This document shows, piece by piece, positions 1 through 8,100 of a stretch of DNA of 55,236 nt. The position numbers were made by a program, and so were the translations under genes. Origin of the DNA: an uncultured Sulfurospirillum sp. (GTDB lineage Bacteria; Campylobacterota; Campylobacteria; Campylobacterales; QNZT01). The notes beneath the pieces were generated by a model that was not told the origin of the DNA, ran no database searches, and was given only the letters and a program-made list of their open reading frames with translations. Location of the stretch: assembly GCA_964651755.1 (NCBI GenBank), contig CAZYZD010000003.1, forward strand, positions 1 to 55,236. Reading direction: 5' to 3'. Every line of letters starts with the position of its first letter. Position 1 is the stretch's first letter.

Positions 1-19
1 ATATTCCCTTTAAAGAGAG

Positions 20-38
20 TTTTGAGATAATCTCAAAA
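20..38. promoter_or_regulatory. Perfect 9-1-9 inverted repeat (TTTTGAGAT-A-ATCTCAAAA), possible protein-binding site in the CRISPR leader region
   Basis: The palindrome is seen directly in the sequence; its function is inferred. Confidence 0.4.
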
Positions 39-94
39 TATATTAGTTTTGCGATGGCGCAGAACGAGAGACTTAAAACACTTCAGTGTACAAT

Positions 95-190
95 CTCGAA
101 CCGACACATGAGATGTATTGAAATTTTTTAAGATGCTCCAAAAGTAAATCAATCCCAGCTCTCGAACCGGCACATAAAACATATAAAACC
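95..190 (+). CRISPR. Single-spacer CRISPR mini-array: repeat 95-124, spacer 125-160, degenerate terminal repeat 161-190
   Basis: Repeat CTCGAACCGACACATGAGATGTATTGAAAT (30 nt) ends in the ATTGAAA(N) handle typical of class 1 (I-B/III-like) repeats. A second copy 66 nt later, CTCGAACCGGCACATAAAACATATAAAACC, matches 21/30 (14 of the first 15 nt). The spacer is 36 nt. Confidence 0.72.
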
Positions 191-216
191 TACTATCGCA
201 CTTCTTACCTCCCTCC

Positions 217-240
217 TGCTATAATGCTTCCAAAAAGGAG
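217..240 (+). promoter_or_regulatory. Extended -10 promoter (TGCTATAAT 217-225) and SD (AAGGAG 235-240) of the cytochrome gene
   Basis: Matches the Campylobacterota sigma70 TGnTATAAT motif, suitably placed before ATG 247. Confidence 0.65.
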
Positions 241-246
241 GTTTGC

Positions 247-1563
247 ATGAAGCGATGGTGGGGTTGGTTTTTGGTGGCTGGGGTGGTGTTTTTTGGGTAT
301 CTCTACTTTTATACCGATCTGTTTAAACTGCTTCCTTTTTACCGTCAACTGACTAAGCCGCATGTATCGCTTAAAAAAGATCTCCAAGAGCCTACGCAAA
401 AAGGGGCTGATTTTGTCGGCTCGAAGAAGTGTAAAACGTGTCATGAAGAGAAGTTTTCGCAGTGGTCGCACTCAAGGCATCCGAAGATGATTCAAGATAT
501 TCGCAAAGATCCTTCCGTTGTGGTGGCTGACTTTTCGACACTGCCGAAGGATGCGACGTTTACGCTAAAAGATGCTGTCTATACGATCGGTGGGAAGTTC
601 AAGCAGCGTTTTATGATACGCAAAGATTTCAACGGCAGCGAAGATTATGTGCTGGGAAATTATCAGTGGAATGTCGAGACGCAAAAGTGGCAGGGTTTCA
701 AGCCGTGGCACTACTGGTATAAAGATGCTTACCCTCATGATAACGCCGAACTGCCTACCTCCAAAGTGTGTGACGGATGTCACTTTACGGGGTTTATGTC
801 GCGTCAAAAACGTATCGAAACGGGGATAGCATGCGAGTCATGTCACGGACCGGGGTCTAACCATGTTAAAGATCCGGAAAATAGAGTCTACCAAGCCTCT
901 TTACATGATCCTGTCCGTCAAAACGAGGTCTGTTTGCAGTGCCACATGCGAAACCGAGACTATCGCCTCAAAGAGCACAACATTTCAGATATCTACGGCG
1001 ATGCGAGGGATTATCCGCTGGGGTTTGAAGCGGGTAGGGCGCTGGTGGACTATAAGCTGGTCGCACCGTTTACGATGGGTCATGAAACAAAAGAGTTCTA
1101 CGCTAACGGAGCAGCCAAAAAGAACCGCACACAAGGAAATGAGTTTGTTCACTCTGCCAAAGGCAAACACGGCATCACATGCATCAACTGCCACAACCCT
1201 CACACCCTAGCCCCTACCGCGCAAAACAATAGTGGCAATAAGCTCTGCATGAAGTGTCATGCTTTCGGTTCGGTGATCGGACCGCATCAAAAGAGTTTGC
1301 AAGCCCACACCCACCACAAACCCGACTCCAAAGGCTCTCTGTGTGTTGAGTGCCACATGCCCAAAACAGGCAGACACACCAAAAAATCACCCCTTACGGT
1401 ACGGAGCCATCTTTTTGGCTTTACAACACCTAAAGAGACTCTAAAGTACGGCATGCCAAAAGAGACCAACGCATGTTATGCCTGCCATAAAAACGATCGT
1501 GACATGCAGACTCTCCAAAATGACTTAGAGAAGTGGGGTATACTCAGCTGGGAGAAGCAGTAG
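247..1563 (+). CDS. Membrane-anchored octaheme cytochrome c (cytochrome c554-like multiheme family)
   Basis: Eight CxxCH motifs (CKTCH, CDGCH, CESCH, CLQCH, CINCH, CMKCH, CVECH, CYACH); FVGSxxCxxCH..W..S.H and GIACESCHGPGS patterns; hydrophobic N-terminus. Confidence 0.9.
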   Translation: MKRWWGWFLVAGVVFFGYLYFYTDLFKLLPFYRQLTKPHVSLKKDLQEPTQKGADFVGSKKCKTCHEEKFSQWSHSRHPKMIQDIRKDPSVVVADFSTLPKDATFTLKDAVYTIGGKFKQRFMIRKDFNGSEDYVLGNYQWNVETQKWQGFKPWHYWYKDAYPHDNAELPTSKVCDGCHFTGFMSRQKRIETGIACESCHGPGSNHVKDPENRVYQASLHDPVRQNEVCLQCHMRNRDYRLKEHNISDIYGDARDYPLGFEAGRALVDYKLVAPFTMGHETKEFYANGAAKKNRTQGNEFVHSAKGKHGITCINCHNPHTLAPTAQNNSGNKLCMKCHAFGSVIGPHQKSLQAHTHHKPDSKGSLCVECHMPKTGRHTKKSPLTVRSHLFGFTTPKETLKYGMPKETNACYACHKNDRDMQTLQNDLEKWGILSWEKQ

Positions 1564-1595
1564 GGATATTTTGCTTTGCTGCCTCTTGACAAAAT

Positions 1596-1704
1596 CTATG
1601 CTTCTTTGAACTCATCTGTATAGCGTGGTGGCATTACTCTTATTTCTTGTATTATTATGCTCTATCAGCGCATATAAAAGCGTCTAGGTTTTTTGGGCAT
1701 TCCA
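1596..1704 (-). mobile_element. Decayed left end of an IS3-family insertion sequence (terminal-repeat-like end plus truncated orfA start)
   Basis: The minus strand begins TGGAATGCCCAAAAAACCTAGACG (1704-1681), resembling IS3-family TG-ended inverted repeats. It is followed by micro-ORF 1634-1596, MPPRYTDEFKEA*, resembling the RYxxEFK start of IS3 OrfA. Confidence 0.5.
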
Positions 1705-1716
1705 CTACTCCATAAA

Positions 1717-3060
1717 TCACTCCGCAGAACTATTGTTCTCTATCTCCCTGTATCCATCTTCTCTTGTGATCATCGTACCGTTGACGATATGTTTTTCTTT
1801 TGAAAATGTTGTTTTATCATAATAGCCAAGCAAAGAAGTGATGAACTGTGACAGGTGGTAGTGTGAGGCTATCTTCTTTGTCTCTTTGGGTAGTTTACTG
1901 TTTGCGGTGGCGAAAAAGGGGACTTCGTAGATTGTCGGGGCGAAGCTGTTATGTCCCCATCGACCGTTTTCCCCGGTAAATTCGCCGTGATCCGATGTGT
2001 AGAGCAGGATGAATGGTTTTTGGCTTTTTTTCAGGTAGTTGATTATCTTTGCATAGAGTTGAAAACTGTAGTCGAGTGATTTTTGATAATTTTGCTTTGC
2101 AGAAGCAGATTTTTTCCCCGGAAAGTAGCGATAGGGTGAATGTTGACCGATCTGCTGCAATACAATAAAATTTTTCCGGCTGAGGTTTGCCTCTTTGAGT
2201 GCATCAAGGAGGTAAAAGTCATACTTTGGCGAGCGCTCTTTTTTGTCGAAGCTTTGATACTGCTCTATCATCCCGGTTTGCAGATAGGGGTTGATGTACT
2301 GAAGTGCTGCGGGGGTCTGGAGGGAAACAAAAGCGGTGTGGTAACCGTTTTTGCGGGCAAGCCGGAAGAGGTTGGTTTGATTATCTCCAGTAAGATGCAG
2401 AGGGTTGTTTTTTGCATTTATGAGCAGGGGAAGACTTACATCTGTGTTGGTGGCACCGGCATAGATTTTTTTATAGAAAAGATGCAGGTTTTTGAGTTTT
2501 TCTTCGACATAGGTATTGTATTTCATACTTTCGCCTATGATGAGGATGATATTTTGCATGCCTTCGTTTCTGGGATAGAGGGGAGTTTCCTGGGTACAGA
2601 AGCTGTTTGGACTACTTTCATGAAGTATTAACTCTGGCAGGATTCGAAGCTGGGGCAGGGCAAAAAAGCCGAAAACAAGGGCAAAAAAAGCGCCTTTTTT
2701 CCCATAGAGAAGGGGTGCCTTTTTCTTTTTCACAATCAATAAGATAATCACTGAAAAAGAGAGTATAGGTATCCAGAACATTTGCCAGAATGCAAAAAAA
2801 GTTTCAAATGTTTCAGGCATATGTGTCATAAAGTTGTAGATATCACTGCTTTGCCATTCTCGTTGAAAGTAGTGAAAAAAGAGCAGGTTGCATAGTGTCA
2901 GGAGCGCAACAATCACCAGAAGAGTACGGGGTAGGAATAGTGAGAGAAGCACATAAACAATGCTTTCTGAAAATGTTATTTCATGTTTTATACCATAGGT
3001 TGCGGCTATAAAAAAAAGAGCGATGGCAAATGCATACAAAGAGGGATAAAAACGTTTCAT
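1717..3060 (-). CDS. Phosphoethanolamine transferase / sulfatase-like membrane hydrolase (EptA-like)
   Basis: N-terminal TM helices; IILIIGES, ATNTDVSLP, GQHSPY and YTSDHGE motifs of the alkaline phosphatase/sulfatase superfamily. Confidence 0.8.
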   Translation of the reverse strand: MKRFYPSLYAFAIALFFIAATYGIKHEITFSESIVYVLLSLFLPRTLLVIVALLTLCNLLFFHYFQREWQSSDIYNFMTHMPETFETFFAFWQMFWIPILSFSVIILLIVKKKKAPLLYGKKGAFFALVFGFFALPQLRILPELILHESSPNSFCTQETPLYPRNEGMQNIILIIGESMKYNTYVEEKLKNLHLFYKKIYAGATNTDVSLPLLINAKNNPLHLTGDNQTNLFRLARKNGYHTAFVSLQTPAALQYINPYLQTGMIEQYQSFDKKERSPKYDFYLLDALKEANLSRKNFIVLQQIGQHSPYRYFPGKKSASAKQNYQKSLDYSFQLYAKIINYLKKSQKPFILLYTSDHGEFTGENGRWGHNSFAPTIYEVPFFATANSKLPKETKKIASHYHLSQFITSLLGYYDKTTFSKEKHIVNGTMITREDGYREIENNSSAE

Positions 3061-3114
3061 GGGGTTATTTTACTCTTTTTTGCTATAATCGGCAAAATTT
3101 TTTAAGGAGTCAAT

Positions 3115-3273
3115 ATGCCAAAAGTACCGGAAAATGTAGGATGCAACAATGAAGAGTGCATCAAAAAAGATGAATGTAAACGAAATGAAATTGCCAAAAA
3201 CGGGACAGCTGTACAAGTAAAGAGTTTCGGCGGTACCAAAGAGAAAGGGTGCGGTAAGTTTATCCAGAAATAA
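3115..3273 (+). CDS. Small 52-aa four-cysteine protein (below the ORF-track cutoff)
   Basis: TGCTATAAT at 3081-3089, AAGGAG at 3104-3109, ATG 3115. Translation: MPKVPENVGCNNEECIKKDECKRNEIAKNGTAVQVKSFGGTKEKGCGKFIQK. Confidence 0.8.
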   Translation: MPKVPENVGCNNEECIKKDECKRNEIAKNGTAVQVKSFGGTKEKGCGKFIQK

Positions 3274-3374
3274 GGATCTTGCTTTTTGCCGGATTTGATA
3301 AAGAGTGCTTTATAGAGAACATATCTCTTTTTTGTTAAGATATATAAAAGATATTTAAACAAAGGTATGAAGTT

Positions 3375-5111
3375 TTGCATCGATTCGGCAAAGGTCTCTT
3401 TTTACTGTTTCTTTTGGTTTCTGCCACGTTTTGCGAAGCAAAAATCTACAACAAGCTGGAGTTCAAGGGCAGTGGTGTCGACACACTTGTCGGAGAGATG
3501 AGTTCAGACAAGCTTTTCAGTGTTATCGGCAAGCCCTATCCTCCCTTTTATGCTTTCTGGCGTAAAAACCCCACCTTCAGCGATACGGAAATCTCTTCCT
3601 ACATCAAGCGGCTGAAAGCGTACTATGAATCACTCGGATATTATCGTGTAAAGATCACCGATACTGTTACTAAAGATAAAATTGTCATCCAGATAGAGAA
3701 AAATGAACCGATCAAAGTTTCCTCTGTCAAAGTTGCTCCGGATGAAGAGTACCGGAAACTGGTACTTTTTAAAAGGGGTGATATCTTCCGTACGGACAAA
3801 TTTAAAGAGTCCAAAGAGAAGATTGAGCGGTACATGCTTGAAAATGCCCATCCAAAATACAATTTTGACGCCAAGGCTTATGTGCATCTTGACAGTTACA
3901 ATGTCGACCTTGATTATCATATCGAAGACAATATCTCCTGTACTTTCGGAGATACTTCCATCACAGGGCAGGGAGATGTCAAAAAAGAGATTATCGAAGA
4001 TGCAGTGACTTACAAAAAAGGCAAGCCTTTTGATATTCGTGAACTGGAAAAGACTTATGACAATATCTACGAATACGGGATCTATGACTATATCGCCGTG
4101 GAGCCTAAACTTGATCTGAATGGTTCGGTTGTACCTGTAGAGATAGCTCTTAAAACCGGTGAAACAAAATTTTTAAAGACAAATATCGGTTACGATACCG
4201 ATAAAGGTGCCAGAGGCGGTATTCGCTGGACAGATAAAAATTTTTACGGCAATCTGAAAGTTCTGGATGCGGGAATACAGTTAAATGAGCTGGGGTATGA
4301 GACTTTTGTGACCTATTATGATCCGCGTATTATCCTGCCTTATGTTGGAAAGATTACTCTTGAAGATGAAGTTAAATACTCCTATTACAGTTATGAAGCA
4401 TTTTCGGAAAGGGTATGGGAAAACCGTTTTACCCTAGGGAAACGATTTGTGGGGTTGGAGCACTACTTTGGTATTTTGACGGAGAAGAGTACGGTTAAAC
4501 CTAAAATTCCGGACTATTCAGACGAGGCGGGGAACTATTTTATCAACTCTTTTTTCTACCGTGTGTTGATTGACAAGCGTGACTCGATGATCGATGCAAC
4601 CCGTGGATATTACATCAGTCTCTATCTGGAGAAGGCTTCGAGTCTGCTTGGTTCCGATCTGGAGTATCTCAAGGCTTTGCTGGAGATGCGTTATATCAAA
4701 TCTTTTTCTCCCAAAAGTATACTTGGTATCAAGACGCGTATCGGTTCGATCAACGAAGATGTACCGCTTTTTAAACGTTTTTATACGGGAGGATCGGTTA
4801 CCAACAGGGGGTATGCTTACCAGAAAGTAGGGGAACAGGCACCGGGAGGTATTCCTCTGGGTGGTGTGTCGCTGGTGGATTTTCTGCTGGAGTATCGTCA
4901 TCAGCTCTTTTTTGACAAATTTTGGATGAGTCTCTTTTACGATACTTCGATGCTGAGTCTCAAACCGCATGATTACAGCGATACTTTTTATGACAGTGTG
5001 GGGTTTGGTATCCGTTACCTCACACCTATCGGACCGCTGCGGGTGGATTTTGGTTTTCCTCAGAAAGAGAATGGTTTTGAGTTTCATATCAGTATAGGAC
5101 AAGTGTTTTGA
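3375..5111 (+). CDS. tamA: Omp85-family outer membrane protein, TamA-like
   Basis: Signal peptide, POTRA-like segments (YYESLGYY), RFYTGGSVTNRGY loop, GIRYLTPIGPLRVDFG, C-terminal IGQVF; adjacent to tamB. Confidence 0.85.
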   Translation: MHRFGKGLFLLFLLVSATFCEAKIYNKLEFKGSGVDTLVGEMSSDKLFSVIGKPYPPFYAFWRKNPTFSDTEISSYIKRLKAYYESLGYYRVKITDTVTKDKIVIQIEKNEPIKVSSVKVAPDEEYRKLVLFKRGDIFRTDKFKESKEKIERYMLENAHPKYNFDAKAYVHLDSYNVDLDYHIEDNISCTFGDTSITGQGDVKKEIIEDAVTYKKGKPFDIRELEKTYDNIYEYGIYDYIAVEPKLDLNGSVVPVEIALKTGETKFLKTNIGYDTDKGARGGIRWTDKNFYGNLKVLDAGIQLNELGYETFVTYYDPRIILPYVGKITLEDEVKYSYYSYEAFSERVWENRFTLGKRFVGLEHYFGILTEKSTVKPKIPDYSDEAGNYFINSFFYRVLIDKRDSMIDATRGYYISLYLEKASSLLGSDLEYLKALLEMRYIKSFSPKSILGIKTRIGSINEDVPLFKRFYTGGSVTNRGYAYQKVGEQAPGGIPLGGVSLVDFLLEYRHQLFFDKFWMSLFYDTSMLSLKPHDYSDTFYDSVGFGIRYLTPIGPLRVDFGFPQKENGFEFHISIGQVF

Positions 5112-8100
5112 GAGTTTTAAAGTTTTTTGCACTGATACTTTTCGCCCTTTTCTTTGTTCTGGCTATTTTGACCGGTTTGCTTTTGAGCAATGAAAAAGTA
5201 TTTGACAAGACTCTCAGAGTTGTGATAGAACAAATCGGTATTCCTCTTAAGTATGAGAGTTTAAGAGGAGATATACTGGGAGGGATCGCTTTTAAAGGGC
5301 TTAATTATGAAGATAAACTTAAAGCTGATATAGCAGTAAAAGTTGATTATCCTGCATTGGCAGACGGTGTTTTGCATATTCAGAGACTTCATGCAAAAAA
5401 TATCTGGATAGAGGACTCTTTTTTAGCTTCCCTGGTGGATAGCAATACCACTGATGAAAACAAAGAAGAGACGAAATCTGCTGATGCTCTCAAAAAAGTT
5501 CTGGTAGATGATCTGGAAATTTCACTGCTTGATACAAAATATCATGAATATAAAATAAACCGATTAGCACTTCATGTAACAGATTTTGCTTATGATATGG
5601 ATCGCAGTATAGATGGGCAGGTTGATTTATCGGTAGATAGCAATGTGGCTATACTAAAATCCAATATAGTCCTGAAAAAGAGTCATTACCGGGGTAATAT
5701 TTTTCTGGATCCGGATCGTCTCTATCTCGAAAGTTTTTTGAAAGAACAGAATATTACCATTCAAAAAGCGCCTCATATCACGGCGGAGCTGGATGGGGAT
5801 CTCTCCAGGAGCGCATTTGATCTTTCTTTGGAGGGTATGAGACTGCATTATGCAACACTGGCAATTGCACCTGAATCCCTGCATATTCAGGGAGATTATA
5901 CCTTTGAAACATCATTTTTGAATGCGGATGCAACACTCAAAGGAAAATCGGATGCGGCAGATTATGATCTTTGGGCAGATGCCGCTATGGATCTGAATGA
6001 TTTGAACAGTACATTGAAATATCGTTTAAAAGGTGATTTGCTGGGGGCAAAACCGGAGCTTGCTGCATTCCTTCATGATGAAAACCTGACATTTGTCACC
6101 CCTTCTGCATTGCATATAAAAGCGCAAGGATCGCTCAAAGAGGTAGATACAGAAGTGGATTTGAAGAAGGGAGAGATAGCATACGGAGAGTATATTGTCA
6201 AGCCTCATGATCTTCATGTAAAAGCGTTGTATGACATCCAAAATGCCAAAATTGATGCTTCGGGCAGAGGAGATATCTTTTCCAATGCTGCCGATCTGAA
6301 TTTTACATTTGAGAGTAAAGCGGGTCTTGAAAATTTATCTGAAAATCTTTTACTCAATCTCAAAAGTGATCTGCTTCCCAAAAAGCCGTTTCTCTCCAAA
6401 ATGCTTACCGATCAAAATATATCGCTTACAAAAGTACCGGCGTTGCATATCAAGGCAGTTACCAAAGGGGAGGAGATCGATGCAGATATCGTACTCGAAC
6501 CGCTGGGTGTAACAGCACATGAGTTGGAGATAGAGACAAGAAAGCTGCAATCGCATCTGCTTTTTAACAGAGTGACAAAAGCGCTGAAAAGTACCCTACA
6601 GGGTGATATTTTGTCCAATGCAGGGAATCTTTTGCTGGATGCCAATGCCTCCTTAAATGCGGCGGATATTAATAAAACACTCCGTTACCATCTCAAAAGC
6701 AGTTTGAAAGCTAAAGAGGATTATCTCAAAAAACATTTAGATACCAAGCGGGTAGATTTTAGTAAACTTTCACCGCTTCTGGTAACACTCAGCGGCGATG
6801 CCAAAGCGCTTGATGCTGATCTTTCACTAAGTGGAACTGCACGGGTGGATCGTTACCGTTTCAAGTCCCGGATTCAAAATACCAAAGTTCACTATGACTT
6901 TCATGAACATCAGGCAGAGAGTGATATTGACCTTTTGGTCGCTTCAACTTATGGAGATTTGAAGGTAAAAGGGGCAGTTTCCCTGGATACGGATGATTTG
7001 AACAATACCCTCAGGTACGACACCGTTCTGAATCTGCGGCAAAAAGAGCCGCTGGGCGATATCAATCTCACACAGCTGGGCAATATCGGACTTGTCATGA
7101 AAGGGAGTTTGAAAAAAGTCGATGCAAAATTACACTCCAAAAAACTCAAAATGCTGGTACAGAGTGATGATTTTGACCGTTTCAATCTTTCTCTGATGAC
7201 ACAAAAACTTTATCTGGACAAACTCTATCTTGCCTTACCGCCGGAGTTTAAAAAGAGTTATGCGATTCTGAATGCAAAAGGATACTATATGTTGAAAGAG
7301 AGAAAAGCAGATCTCTCTTTACAGGTAAAAAAGGTGAGATTTGCCGGTCGTAACATCAGTACCAACAGATTTCGTTTTCAGATGGATGGTGATGACTTTG
7401 AACTGACTCCGCTGGAATTGAGAGCGAAAGGTTTTCTGCTTTCACTGGATGCAAAATCAAAAAATGGCAAAATCAAAGCCCATTTGAAAAACAAAGCACT
7501 CAATGCGGATATCGTTTTCGCACAAAAGCCTCTTTTCGCCGATGCGAAAGTATCTATCCCTTCTGTCAAAAAACTTTTGCAGGAGATTGACAAACTCTAT
7601 CCGATTGCACCACTGCCGAAAATTGACGGCGCACTCTATGCAAAAGCGAAGATGGCTGGCAAAGAGCGTGTTAAAATCGAGATCAATGCTCCAAAACTCC
7701 TCTTCCCGGAAGGTCGGATCGAAGCGCTTACGCTTCTGGCATACTACCAGCCGCAGCGTATTGATATTCCGACTTTTGATTTTCAGCTGAAAGGTTTCAA
7801 ACCCAAAAAGATGAATCGTGCTGTACATCTGGCGCATCCTGCTTATATTGTGCTGGAAGAGGGAAAGAGAGAGATCGATTTTGTGTTGAAAGATTTTCTC
7901 TCTCTCAAAGCAAAAGAGAATGGTGGTGTACTCTCCGGAAACTTTAAAACGAAAAAACTCTATCTGGGTATGGAGGGGTATGGTGAGACAAGACTCACGA
8001 CAGATATAGCCTTTTTCAAAAGTGGTCCGCAACTGGCGATTTCGGGAGATGTTCTGCTTGCCGATACGGTAGTTACCTATGAGTCTCGTGTATTGGACGT

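Noticed and set aside
29-58. A third CRISPR repeat one period upstream
   Set aside because: Only a short AATCTC match; the rest does not resemble the repeat.
125-160. Spacer self-targets in coding regions (11-12 nt matches near 7686, 10802 and 13983)
   Set aside because: The matches are short, lie away from the spacer 5' seed and are expected by chance in 55 kb.
204-217. CTTACCTCCCTCCT anti-SD-like tract
   Set aside because: It lies upstream of the predicted TSS of the cytochrome gene; on the minus strand it leads only to a two-codon ORF.
3102-3380. 92-aa minus-strand ORF in the ORF track
   Set aside because: Antisense shadow of the better-supported 52-aa plus-strand gene.
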